Of a stretch of DNA of 64,000 nucleotides, positions 35,329 to 45,197 are shown in pieces. The position numbers and the translations under genes were made by a program. Every line of letters begins with the position of its first letter. The stretch's first letter is position 1. This DNA comes from Dehalococcoidia bacterium (GTDB lineage: Bacteria > Chloroflexota > Dehalococcoidia > Lucifugimonadales > UBA1127), in NCBI GenBank assembly GCA_965197715.1, contig OZ240224.1, positions 1,885,657 through 1,949,656 of the forward strand, written 5' to 3'. The notes below the pieces were generated by a model. It was not told where the DNA came from. It made no database searches and worked only from the letters and a program-made list of their open reading frames with translations.

Positions 35329-37227
35329 CTACTTGTCCAGCCAGACCGTGGCAAAGTCCATATAGGCCATGATCTCTTCCGGGCCCATGATCCGGCCCTT
35401 GGTCCAGGTCCGGTATGGGATGGTGGTCAGTCCCGCTGAGAGCGAGGCGCTGTACACCTGCTCCAGCAGCCAGTACTTCTCGAACTCCTTCCATACCGCG
35501 ATGCGCTGGTCCAGGGTGATCGCGCTCTTGAGCCGGCTGAAGTACTCGTCCACCTTCACGTCTTCGTGCTTGACGAAGGCGCCAGGGCTCACGCTAAACC
35601 GGGACATGGCCGCCTCGTTGGCCTCCGGGATGTAGCTCACAACGCCGGCGGCGCTCTGGATCGCCGCGTAGTTCAGCGACTGGCCCGCTTCTTTCCATGT
35701 TGCCACGTCCATCAAGTCCAACTTGAGCTCGATGCCCAACTCGGCAAGCTGGGCGTTGAGGAAGACGCAGCGGGCCCGCCAGGTGGTCGTCGTCAGGCAG
35801 TTGTAGTTCATGGTGAAGCCGCCGCCCGCGTAACCGGCTTCCGCCAACAGCCGCTTGGCCTCCTCCCGGTCCTGGGCCTTTGTCGCGGGGTCGTATCCAG
35901 GCCACTCATTAACGTCCGTATTGGAGAAGGGATTGGAGGGGTTGAGCAGTCCGCCGAGGACGCCAAAGCCGCCTACGGCGGTGATGGCCTGCTGGCGGTC
36001 GAGCCACAGAGACATCGCCCTGCGGACCCGGACGTCCTGCCAGGGGCCCTCCTTCAGGACGTTGAATGCCAAGCCGCTGCCGGCGGATGGTCCGGCGGAG
36101 GACACCTGTACCGCGTAGAACTGGTCGCCCAGATCATTCTTGTAGGCATCGTATCGTTCCCTGGACAGGGTGTAGCCGCCGCCCGGCGAGCCGCCGTCCA
36201 GGCGTCCCACGCGGATGGCGGCGTCCATGGCCTCGGGGTTCGACATGATGGCAAAGTCCATGCCGTCAAGGTAGGGGAGCTGGCGCCCCTGGGCGTCCTT
36301 CTCCCAGTAGGCGTCGTTCTTGCGCACCCGTGCGATGACCCCTCTTTCGTACTCGCCTTCCAGCATGTAGGGGCCGGTCCCCATCAGGTTCACGTCCAGG
36401 GGCGCCACCTCCGTTGTGCCCTCGTCCAGCTTGGGCTGGACCAGGTGCCGGGGGTGGGCGAAGGTGAAGTAGGGCGTCTTCAGGATCTCCGCGAAGAGGG
36501 GGTTGCGTTCCTCCAGGGTGATGCGAAGCTGGTTGCCGCCCACAATCTCGGCGCTGCGGAACTTGCCCATCTTGGTTGCGTACCAGGCCGGCCGGCGGAC
36601 CTTGTCGCCGCTCTTGTAGCCAGTGAAGGCCAGGTCAAACCAGAACTTGGCGTCCTCCACCGTGAAGGCAGTCCCGTCGTGCCACTTGACGCCGTCGCGG
36701 ATGGTAAACGTCCATTGCGTGAAGTCGGCGTTGTGCTCCCACTCGGACGCCAGGGCCGGGCACACCGCGTAGACGTTTTCCAGACACGGGCGCACCAGGT
36801 TGCCGCTGCCCCAGACGGGAGACCCAACCTGGTGCAGGTCGTACCAGATGGTCGTCATCATCATGTCGAAGGCCGCGGGCGGGTCCCTGCGGACGCCGAA
36901 GGTCGCGATCTGTCCGGGCTTGGGCGTCTCGTCGCCGGCGACGATGAACGAGTTGGCCCCTATTTGGTTGGCGACGGTGAGTATGTGGCCCGGCTCCGTG
37001 GGCGTCAGGGCCGTCGGCCCGGGGATGGCCATCTTGTCCATGGATGACGCCATGGCGCTATCGGACGGCTTCGTCTCCATCTTGTCCGTGGAGGTGGAGG
37101 CCGAAGCCGCCGGCTGGGCGGCTGCCGCCGGCTCTTGGGCCGCCGGCGCTGTGGTCTCGTCGCCTCCGGCGCACGCCAGGGCCACAAAGGCAAGGACACC
37201 AAAGGTCGCGATCAGTACGTGTCTCAC
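35329..37227 (-). CDS. ABC transporter substrate-binding protein, family 5, lipoprotein (no adjacent permeases)
   Basis: GTG start with GGGAGGAA SD, VALACAGG lipobox, 632 aa. Clearly paralogous to 40050..41894 (shared blocks such as WHDGT.FTV.DAKFW.D and GTGP...E.YE.G). Confidence 0.85.
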   Translation of the reverse strand: MRHVLIATFGVLAFVALACAGGDETTAPAAQEPAAAAQPAASASTSTDKMETKPSDSAMASSMDKMAIPGPTALTPTEPGHILTVANQIGANSFIVAGDETPKPGQIATFGVRRDPPAAFDMMMTTIWYDLHQVGSPVWGSGNLVRPCLENVYAVCPALASEWEHNADFTQWTFTIRDGVKWHDGTAFTVEDAKFWFDLAFTGYKSGDKVRRPAWYATKMGKFRSAEIVGGNQLRITLEERNPLFAEILKTPYFTFAHPRHLVQPKLDEGTTEVAPLDVNLMGTGPYMLEGEYERGVIARVRKNDAYWEKDAQGRQLPYLDGMDFAIMSNPEAMDAAIRVGRLDGGSPGGGYTLSRERYDAYKNDLGDQFYAVQVSSAGPSAGSGLAFNVLKEGPWQDVRVRRAMSLWLDRQQAITAVGGFGVLGGLLNPSNPFSNTDVNEWPGYDPATKAQDREEAKRLLAEAGYAGGGFTMNYNCLTTTTWRARCVFLNAQLAELGIELKLDLMDVATWKEAGQSLNYAAIQSAAGVVSYIPEANEAAMSRFSVSPGAFVKHEDVKVDEYFSRLKSAITLDQRIAVWKEFEKYWLLEQVYSASLSAGLTTIPYRTWTKGRIMGPEEIMAYMDFATVWLDK

Positions 37228-37306
37228 GGCAGTTTCCTCCCAATCGGCAGTCTTGTGACACTCATCGGACCCTCACCCCGGGTCAGTGCCCGGGGCCGTC
37301 TGCGTC

Positions 37307-38356
37307 CTAGAGGGCATAGAGAGCCCTGGCGTTGTCGCCCATGATCTTGTCCGCTGAGCCCGCCGGAATCTTGCCATCCTCTCGCAGGCGCCGCAGGGCC
37401 TCGATCTCGGAAGACGTGTCATGATGGCCGTAGTCTGATCCGATGACGATGTTGTCCTCTCCGGCATACTCCAGCACGTAGTCCAGGTCGTCCTCGGTCT
37501 GGCAGGCCACGTAGACCCGGTTCTCTTTGAGGACCTCCGCCGCAGTGAACCCTCCCCCGCGCTTTCGCACCCGCAGCCCCATGTCGTTGAGCGCATAGGG
37601 GACCCACTGGGAGCTCACCTCCACAAAGGCCCAGCGCAGGTCGGGGAACCTCTCCGGCACACGCTCCATCAGCAGGCTATGGAAGGCGCCGATGGCGGGG
37701 AGCTTGAACTGGGCGATGCCGCGGTCGTTCAGCAGGACGTCGTACGTGCCGAAGGAGCCCGTGCCGGCGTGGACGCAGATGGGCATGTCCAGTCGCTGCG
37801 CTTCCTCGTACAGCGGGAAGAGGTACGGGTCCGGCAGGCGCAGGTTCCCTTCGACGCCGCGCATGAAGACCCCGCAGGCCCCGTGCTCCTTCCCGAAGTT
37901 GATCTCCTCTATCGCCTTGTCCATATTGAGCACCGGCGGAATGACCGCCCAGCGGAGCCGGTCCGGCGCCGCCGCCCAGATGTCCGCCATCCAGCGGTTG
38001 TAGCTCCAGCTAAGGGCGTACTCCTGCTGCGGGCGGATGGTCAGGGGCCGCAGGAACATGGTGGGATAGAGAACGTGAACGTCCACGCCGAGCTCGTCCA
38101 TGTGCGCCAGCCGGCGGCGGACGTCACTCATCTCCCGCGTGCCTTGCGTCGTTCCCGTGGCGTTGTCGACGTCCGTCTCCCGGCCGGCGCTGATGTTCTT
38201 CAGAAAGGCGCGGCCCTCTATGAACCAGTACTCCAACTGGCCCTCGGACTCCGGGTCGACGAGGATCTTGGGCCGAAGCGAGCGCATGTCCCCGTCCAGG
38301 TACTCGTAGGTGCGTCGCGTCTCAACCACGTGCGTGTCGGCGTCGATGACAGTCAT
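37307..38356 (-). CDS. amidohydrolase-2 family protein
   Basis: ORF trimmed to ATG 38356 (AAGGAGG SD). MTVIDADTHVVETRRTYEYLD...GSDYGHHD...NARALYAL. Confidence 0.85.
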   Translation of the reverse strand: MTVIDADTHVVETRRTYEYLDGDMRSLRPKILVDPESEGQLEYWFIEGRAFLKNISAGRETDVDNATGTTQGTREMSDVRRRLAHMDELGVDVHVLYPTMFLRPLTIRPQQEYALSWSYNRWMADIWAAAPDRLRWAVIPPVLNMDKAIEEINFGKEHGACGVFMRGVEGNLRLPDPYLFPLYEEAQRLDMPICVHAGTGSFGTYDVLLNDRGIAQFKLPAIGAFHSLLMERVPERFPDLRWAFVEVSSQWVPYALNDMGLRVRKRGGGFTAAEVLKENRVYVACQTEDDLDYVLEYAGEDNIVIGSDYGHHDTSSEIEALRRLREDGKIPAGSADKIMGDNARALYAL

Positions 38357-38778
38357 CCCCCGCCTCCTTGCCTCTCTAAACTGGCGCGGCGCGGCCAATG
38401 TCTCCCGCTTCTCAATACGCGCATGGACATCCCAATGCGCAAATCGCCGCACGGAGTGACTGGAAGCATAGGAACGGGATTCCCGCTTGTCAAGTAGACC
38501 CCTGACCTCAGTGTGAAGCACCGGCGCAGTGGAGCGCCGGGGCCCACACGCCCCGGGCGGGGGTTCGCCGCTTCCGCTTGGCGGATGACAGACCGGAATC
38601 CCGGGGTAGCGCGACGAAAGCCAGTACCGAAGAGCCAGTCTTTACTCGCCTTCCGTACATATAGAGCTCTCCAGCGTCCGCGCTGCTTGACAGGTGGTCA
38701 CCGCGGTGCTATACCAACCGCACCCTGCGGGCGGCTCATGCCGTTGAGCGCAACGCAACGTGACGGGAGGCCGATGCA

Positions 38779-39858
38779 ATGGCGGTGATCGATGCCGATG
38801 CCCACGTGATCGAAACCGAGCGCACGTGGGACTATCTGGACGCGTCACAGAAAGGCTTCCGACCGCTTCTCCTCAGGGGGACCGCGGCATCAGGGGCAGA
38901 GAGGCAGTTCTGGTACATTGATGGTAGGCTCAAGCGCTCCTCCGAGGCCAGTGGACCAACGACACCCGGCCAGGTCCACAAGGAGAAGCTCTCCGGAAGA
39001 GACCGGACCTCGGCCGCGTCCCGCCAGCTGGACGACGTTGGGGCGCGCCTGGCTCACATGGACGAGCTCGGCATCGACATCCAGGTCCTCTATCCGACCA
39101 TCTACCTCACGCCCATCGCCTCCAGCCCTGATGCGGAAGTCGCCCTGGCCTGGAGCTACAATCGCTGGCTCGGCGATGCCTGGCGGCAGAGCGGCAATCG
39201 CCTGCGGTGGGTCATGGTGCCCGCCCTCCAGGACATGGATGCGACCCTGGAGCAGCTGAACTTCGCCAAGGAGAACGGCGGGTGCGGCGTGTTCATGCGC
39301 GGCATAGAGGGACGCAGGCTGCTCTTCGACCCATACTTCTTTCCGCTCTACGAGGAAGCCCAACGCCTGGACCTGCCCATCTGTATCCACGCGGGCGTGG
39401 GAAACAACGATTTCGCCGCCTTCTTCACGCCGGGCCCCTTCTCGGAGCCCTTCTCCGTGAACAAGCTCGGCGGCCTCAGCGCCTTCAACTCCCTCGTATT
39501 CCACGAAATCCCTGCCATGTTCCCCAAGCTACGGTTCGGGTTCCTGGAGTACCAGGCTCAGTGGGTCCCCTATCTCGTTCTCGACATGCAGCGGCGGCTG
39601 GAGAGGGAAGGAAAGTCCATACCGGCCAACCTGATCGAGGACAACCACATCTACGTGACCTGCGAGACCCACGACGACCTGCCGTACATCCTGGACTACA
39701 GCGGTGAGGGCAGCATCATTCTGGGCACCGACTACGGCCACGCGGGCAACACCGCTGAGCTGGAAGCGCTCTCTGTCCTGAGGAACAGGAAGGACCTCAG
39801 CGAGAGTGTCAAGGACAGGATCCTCGACGACAATCCCAGGGCGTTCTACGGTCTCTGA
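38779..39858 (+). CDS. amidohydrolase-2 family protein
   Basis: MAVIDADAHVIETERTWDYLD... with GGGAGG SD. GTDYGHAG...NPRAFYGL. Confidence 0.85.
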   Translation: MAVIDADAHVIETERTWDYLDASQKGFRPLLLRGTAASGAERQFWYIDGRLKRSSEASGPTTPGQVHKEKLSGRDRTSAASRQLDDVGARLAHMDELGIDIQVLYPTIYLTPIASSPDAEVALAWSYNRWLGDAWRQSGNRLRWVMVPALQDMDATLEQLNFAKENGGCGVFMRGIEGRRLLFDPYFFPLYEEAQRLDLPICIHAGVGNNDFAAFFTPGPFSEPFSVNKLGGLSAFNSLVFHEIPAMFPKLRFGFLEYQAQWVPYLVLDMQRRLEREGKSIPANLIEDNHIYVTCETHDDLPYILDYSGEGSIILGTDYGHAGNTAELEALSVLRNRKDLSESVKDRILDDNPRAFYGL

Positions 39859-40049
39859 GGGGAGGCCCACTGAGCACATTTCGCCCGCGCCTTGGAGTCG
39901 GCGGGCCCGCTTATGGCGTTCAGAGGCCGTGTACCTTTCAGTCCAAGCATGGGAGGCCTTGGGAACACATGGGCCGATGAGACTCGGTTGGTTTGCCGGA
40001 TTGGCCCTGAAGGCGCACGCGGGGGTACAAGAATTAAGGAGGAACCGCT

Positions 40050-41894
40050 GTGTTTAGCTTAAGTACACGCAGATGGTCGCATACCTTTCTTCTGGGCGGA
40101 GCGCTGCTGGCGCTCGCGGTTGTGGTGGCGGCCTGCGCAGGCGGTGCGCCGTCGGTAGCCCAGGCGCCGGCGCAGCCCGCCCCGGCGGCGCAGCCCGCCC
40201 CGGCAGCCCCAGCGGCGGATCCAGAGGTTGCCCGGGCGCTGCCGGGCCAGACCCTGCCAGTGCCCGCGGTGCGGGCGCAGCCCGCGCAGCCCGCGATGCG
40301 CACCCCGGGGGAGCCCAAGTACGGCGGCATCGCCAAGCTGGCCATGCGCCGGGACGGGATCCGCGGGTTCGACCGCATGCAGACGGGGACCTACTATGAC
40401 ATCCACATGCCCGGCTCCGGGCTCTGGGGCCACGGCAACCTCGTCCGCGTCTGCCAGGGCAACATCTACGAGGCGTGCCCGGCCCTGGCGGAGAGCTGGG
40501 AGACCAACAGCGACTTCACCCAGTGGACCTTCAAGATACGGGAGGACGTCCTCTGGCATGACGGCACGTCCTTCACCGTGGACGATGCCAAGTTCTGGCT
40601 CGACATGATTGTTGGGAGTGCCGAGGCGGGCGGCAACAGGCGTTCGCCGGCGGTCTACAAGAACGTGTTTGGCGACGTGCAGGGGACGGAGGTCCTGGAG
40701 GGGAATCGGGTCCGCATCACCCTCGGAGAGGCCGTCCCCTTCTATCCGCAATACTTCAACCGACCGGAGAACGCCATCGCCCATCCCAAGCATCTGACGC
40801 TGCCGCGCATCGCGGCGGGCGAGGTGAAGGTCACCCCTGTGGAGCTGAACTTCATTGGGACGGGGCCCTTCCAGATCGAGGACTACGAGAAGGGCATCTC
40901 GGTCAAGATCCGGAGGTTTGACCAGTACTGGGAGAGGGATGAAAAAGGGCAGCAGCTCCCCTACCTGGACGGTATCGATTACGCCATCATCACCGATCCC
41001 TCGGCGATGGACGCGGCCTTTCTCGTGGGCCGCTTGGACGGCGGCGCCCTTGGCTCCGGCCACAGCTTGAGCCTGGACAGAAAGGGCGCCTACGACCGCC
41101 GCCTCGGCGATGAGGTCTACTACACCAACCCCGCAGGCACCTGCAAGGGCCCCACCTTCAACACCATCAAGGATGGGCCGCTTCAGGACGTCCGGGTGCG
41201 CCAAGCCATTAGTCTGTGGTACGACCGCGTGTCCTCCGTCTCCGCCCTGGTCGGCGGGCTCGGCGGCGTCTGCGCCATGTTCCAGCCGGACAATCCCTAT
41301 ACCACTCCAGACTTCATGCAGTGGCCTGGGTGGAACCTGTCGACTCGAGCGGCGGACAAGGCCGAGGCCAAGCGCCTTCTGGCCGAGGCCGGGTATGCCC
41401 AGGGCGCCAAGGTAAGCGCCATCTGCTACACCAGCAGGTCCTATATGGCAGACTGCGAGTATACCCAGGACCAGCTCCGCAGCCTTGGCATCGAGATGGA
41501 GATCATCCCCGCGGACTCCGCCAGGTGGAGCGCGGAGCGGTACAGCCTGGACTATGACATCTCACCCCGCGGCGGCTTCGGCTTCGTTCCGATCCCGGAG
41601 ATGGCCGAGCGGAGCATGGGCGCGTATAGCAAGTTCTTCACGGCCACCGGCAAGCACGAGGACCCAAAGGTCGACCAGCTCTTCCAGGGCATCAAGGGCG
41701 CCGTGGACTTCAGCGAGCGCGTCAGGCTGTGGCGTGAGCTGGAGCGCTACTACGTGGCGGAACAGGTGTACACCCTGACCGCCTACTACAACGAGTCCGT
41801 GGTGCCCTACCGCACCCACCTGAAGGGGATCATCAACTCCCCGGAGGTGCCCACGACCACCGTGGAGCCAGCCATCATGTGGCTGGACAAATAG
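40050..41894 (+). CDS. ABC transporter substrate-binding protein, family 5, lipoprotein
   Basis: GTG start with AAGGAGGAA SD, VVAACAGG lipobox, 614 aa. Paralog of 35329..37227. Confidence 0.87.
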   Translation: MFSLSTRRWSHTFLLGGALLALAVVVAACAGGAPSVAQAPAQPAPAAQPAPAAPAADPEVARALPGQTLPVPAVRAQPAQPAMRTPGEPKYGGIAKLAMRRDGIRGFDRMQTGTYYDIHMPGSGLWGHGNLVRVCQGNIYEACPALAESWETNSDFTQWTFKIREDVLWHDGTSFTVDDAKFWLDMIVGSAEAGGNRRSPAVYKNVFGDVQGTEVLEGNRVRITLGEAVPFYPQYFNRPENAIAHPKHLTLPRIAAGEVKVTPVELNFIGTGPFQIEDYEKGISVKIRRFDQYWERDEKGQQLPYLDGIDYAIITDPSAMDAAFLVGRLDGGALGSGHSLSLDRKGAYDRRLGDEVYYTNPAGTCKGPTFNTIKDGPLQDVRVRQAISLWYDRVSSVSALVGGLGGVCAMFQPDNPYTTPDFMQWPGWNLSTRAADKAEAKRLLAEAGYAQGAKVSAICYTSRSYMADCEYTQDQLRSLGIEMEIIPADSARWSAERYSLDYDISPRGGFGFVPIPEMAERSMGAYSKFFTATGKHEDPKVDQLFQGIKGAVDFSERVRLWRELERYYVAEQVYTLTAYYNESVVPYRTHLKGIINSPEVPTTTVEPAIMWLDK

Positions 41895-41910
41895 CCACGA
41901 GACGCGTGGA

Positions 41911-41939
41911 GGCGGGCCCGCGAATCCATCGGGCCCGCC
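41911..41939 (+). other. intercistronic stem-loop between SBP and permease genes
   Basis: GGCGGGCCCG / CGGGCCCGCC, a 10-bp perfect stem with a 9-nt loop, 17 nt after the SBP stop. Confidence 0.55.
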
Positions 41940-41963
41940 TTCGATCCCTAGAGGCGAGCATAG

Positions 41964-42926
41964 ATGCAGCGCTATCTCCTCCGGCGGGTAGTTCTCTTCG
42001 TCCCGACCCTCCTCATAGGGTCGCTTCTCATCTTCGTCATCATGCGGGTCATCCCGGGCGACGTCGTGCTCCTCATCGTGGGCGGCGAAGAGGAGGTCCA
42101 GTCCCTGAGCCAGCATGACGTGGACCGCATCCGGGAGGAGCTTGGCCTCAGCGACCCACTGCCGGTCCAGTACGCCAACTGGCTCTGGAGCATGGTCAAC
42201 GGCGAGTTCGGCGGAAGGTCCCTCATCGACAACGAGTCCATGGCGGAGTCCATTGCCCGCCGCGGTCCGGTGACCCTGCAGCTGGCTCTCATGACTATCC
42301 TCATAGCTTGGACCGTCTCTATTCCTCTGGGTGTCGTAGCCGCCCTCTACCAGAACAAATGGCCGGACTATCTGGTCCGCAGCCTGAGCATAGCCGGGCA
42401 TGCCATGCCCAACTTCTGGCTGGCCCTGGTCCTGATCATCGCCCTGGTCTTGATCTTCTCCTGGACGCCGCCCATCTTCTACGCCCACCTCTGGGAGGAC
42501 CCCTGGGACCACATGCAGAAGATCATCTGGCCCGCCCTGATCCTGGCATGGGGTTTCAGCTCCAGCCTCATCCGCGTCACCCGCTCCAACATGCTGGAAA
42601 GCCTGCGCCAGGACTACGTCAGGACTGCCAGGAGCAAGGGACTGCCGGAGAAGATCGTCATCGTAAGGCATACACTGAGAAACGCCCTGATGCCCGTGAT
42701 AACCCTGGGCGGACTCGAGCTGGGCGCTCTCTTCAGCGGGAGTGTGATCCTGGAAAGCATCTTTGGCCTTCCCGGGCTGGGACAGGGCATCATCGGAGCG
42801 GCGTCCAACCGGGACTATCCGGTCATTCAGAGTCTGACGATGCTCCTGGTTGTGATGATGCTGTCCGTCAACCTGCTCGTGGACATCCTGTACTCCTTCG
42901 TCGACCCAAGGATTCGCTACTCTTAG
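41964..42926 (+). CDS. ABC transporter permease (DppB/OppB-like)
   Basis: MQRYLLRRVVLFVPTLLIGSLLIF...DYVRTARSKGLPEKIVIVRHTLRNALMPVI. Confidence 0.9.
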   Translation: MQRYLLRRVVLFVPTLLIGSLLIFVIMRVIPGDVVLLIVGGEEEVQSLSQHDVDRIREELGLSDPLPVQYANWLWSMVNGEFGGRSLIDNESMAESIARRGPVTLQLALMTILIAWTVSIPLGVVAALYQNKWPDYLVRSLSIAGHAMPNFWLALVLIIALVLIFSWTPPIFYAHLWEDPWDHMQKIIWPALILAWGFSSSLIRVTRSNMLESLRQDYVRTARSKGLPEKIVIVRHTLRNALMPVITLGGLELGALFSGSVILESIFGLPGLGQGIIGAASNRDYPVIQSLTMLLVVMMLSVNLLVDILYSFVDPRIRYS

Positions 42927-42956
42927 TTTGAGCGCTCATGCGCAGGCGGTGAGAAC

Positions 42957-43862
42957 GTGAGAGATGCGGCAGACGCCGCCGGAGCAGTCCCGGCCACACT
43001 GGCGCGCGCAAGCGGCAAACCGTGGGTCTTCCACGTCATCCGGTTTGGGCGCAGGTACCCTCTGGGTGCGTTTGGCGCAATCATGCTGGTCTTCCTGGGC
43101 GTCGTGGCGGTGCTGGCTCCGCAGATTGCCCCCTTCGACCCCGTCGTTCAGGACGTCCCCAACCGCCTCCGGCCGCCCAGCAGCGAGTACTTGCTCGGCA
43201 CCGACGAGTTTGGCCGCGATGCCTTCAGCAGGCTCGTGTTTGGCGCCCGCATCTCTCTCTACGTGGGTTTCCTCTCAGTCGCTCTGGGGTCGGTAGTCGG
43301 GACCATCATCGGCATAGCGTCCGGATACATGGGAGGACGGTTCGACCTGCTGGTCCAGCGCGTCGTGGACGCCTTCATGGGCTTCCCTTCTCTGGTATTC
43401 ACCATGATGCTGGTCATCGCTCTGGGGGCTTCCATCAACAACGTTACCCTTGCCATAGCTGTGAACATGAGCCCCCGCATCATCCGAGTCTCCAGGTCCT
43501 CGGCCCTCACGGTGAAAGAGGAGGTGTACGTCCTGGCCACCAAGGCCATTGGGGCAAACACCTGGCGTGTGATGCTCCGCCACGTGCTGCCCAACTGCAT
43601 GGCGCCAATCTTTGTGCTGTCGACGGGGTACTTGGGGTCCGCCATCGTGTCGGAGGCTAGTCTCAGCTTCCTCGGGCTGGGCGTGCCGCCGCCGAACCCC
43701 TCCTGGGGCGCCCTCATCCAGGTCGGCACCGGAGGCTACCTCTGGTCCGCGCCGTGGCTGTCCCTGGTCCCGGGCGTGGCGCTCTCCGTGGTGGTCTTCG
43801 CCTTCGCCTTCTTCGGCGATGCGCTCCGGGACGCCTTCGACCCCCGGCTTCGCGGCAGGTAG
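42957..43862 (+). CDS. ABC transporter permease (DppC/OppC-like)
   Basis: GTG start. LGTDEFGRDAFSRLVFGAR, EASLSFLGLGVPPPNPSWG. The start codon is less certain. Confidence 0.85.
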   Translation: MRDAADAAGAVPATLARASGKPWVFHVIRFGRRYPLGAFGAIMLVFLGVVAVLAPQIAPFDPVVQDVPNRLRPPSSEYLLGTDEFGRDAFSRLVFGARISLYVGFLSVALGSVVGTIIGIASGYMGGRFDLLVQRVVDAFMGFPSLVFTMMLVIALGASINNVTLAIAVNMSPRIIRVSRSSALTVKEEVYVLATKAIGANTWRVMLRHVLPNCMAPIFVLSTGYLGSAIVSEASLSFLGLGVPPPNPSWGALIQVGTGGYLWSAPWLSLVPGVALSVVVFAFAFFGDALRDAFDPRLRGR

Positions 43863-43987
43863 CGCGGCGAACGTGTGGCACAATCGCGCCCGTTGACAGT
43901 GTCCATCGGTCATGGTAGACGTTGGAATCGTAGGAGCTCCGGCCAATAAGTCACAACACGAGAATTCATCGCAGGACAGGAGGTCTA

Positions 43988-45100
43988 ATGCCGACCATCG
44001 ACGCCGATTGCCACGTCATTGAAACCGAGCACGCCTGGGATTACCTGGATGAGTCTGAGAAGCAGTACAGGCCCATGCTGCTGAGTGGGACCACCGAGTC
44101 CGGCGTGGAGAAGCGCTTCTGGCTCATCGACGGCAAGCTGCGGCCGCGGCAGGCCAGCGCCGACCCCAACATCGGCGGCAGCAAGGACGACCTCTCCGGC
44201 CGGGGTCAGATACCGCCTGCCGCCCGCTTGCTGGATGACGTGTCCCTTCGCCTGGCCCACATGGACGAGCTGGACGTGGACATTCAGGTGTTGTACCCCA
44301 CTATCTTCCTGACGCCCATTGCCCAGCGCGTCGACGCGGAGGTTGCGCTCTGCAAGAGCTACAACCGGTGGCTCGCCGACATCTGGAGCCAGAGCAACGA
44401 CCGCCTGAGGTGGGTAGTGGTGCCGCCCCTCATGGACATCGACGCATCGATTTCAGAGCTCAGGTTCGGCAAGGAGAACGGCGCCTGCGGGATCTTCATG
44501 CGCGGCATCGAGCTGGACCGCCTCATGGTCGATCCCTACTTCCACCCCATGTATGAGGAGGCCCAACGCCTCGACATGCCCCTATGCGTCCACGCCGGCG
44601 TTGGGAGCAGCTACTGGGCCAGCATCTTCTCCGCCAAGGACTACACCGCCAACAAGACCACGGAGATCAGCGCGGAGGCCTTCTCTCGCAACAAGCTGGC
44701 GGGCATCAGCGCGTTCAACTCCATGCTCACCCACAAGGTCCCGGACCTCCTCCCCAACATGTTTCCCCGCCTCCGCGTGGGCTTCATCGAGCTCAGCGCC
44801 AGCTGGCTGCCCTACGTGGTCACCGACCTCCGAAGGCGCCTGGAGCGCGGCGGCGACTCCCTGGGCGACGACCCCCTGGGCGACGCCAGGTTCTACGTCG
44901 CCTGTCAGACCAACGACGACCTCCCCCACATCCTCAGGCACGTCGGCGAGAACAACCTGGTCATCGGCTCCGACTACGGCCACTCGGACACGTCCAGTGA
45001 GCTGGAAGCGCTGAGAAACCTGAAGACGAAGGGTGAGCTGGCCCCGGCCGTCGTCGACAAGATCCTCCAGGACAACCCCAAGGCCCTGTACGGCCTGTAG
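43988..45100 (+). CDS. amidohydrolase-2 family protein
   Basis: MPTIDADCHVIETEHAWDYLD... with GGAGG SD. GSDYGHSD...NPKALYGL. Confidence 0.85.
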   Translation: MPTIDADCHVIETEHAWDYLDESEKQYRPMLLSGTTESGVEKRFWLIDGKLRPRQASADPNIGGSKDDLSGRGQIPPAARLLDDVSLRLAHMDELDVDIQVLYPTIFLTPIAQRVDAEVALCKSYNRWLADIWSQSNDRLRWVVVPPLMDIDASISELRFGKENGACGIFMRGIELDRLMVDPYFHPMYEEAQRLDMPLCVHAGVGSSYWASIFSAKDYTANKTTEISAEAFSRNKLAGISAFNSMLTHKVPDLLPNMFPRLRVGFIELSASWLPYVVTDLRRRLERGGDSLGDDPLGDARFYVACQTNDDLPHILRHVGENNLVIGSDYGHSDTSSELEALRNLKTKGELAPAVVDKILQDNPKALYGL

Positions 45101-45197
45101 CCCTGCCGCGGGGAACACGGCCCGGGCCGGCGGGCCCGCGACACAGCCAACCGGAGCAGCCCAGAGACGCAGCGAGAACCGAAGGAGAGGAGCAGCC

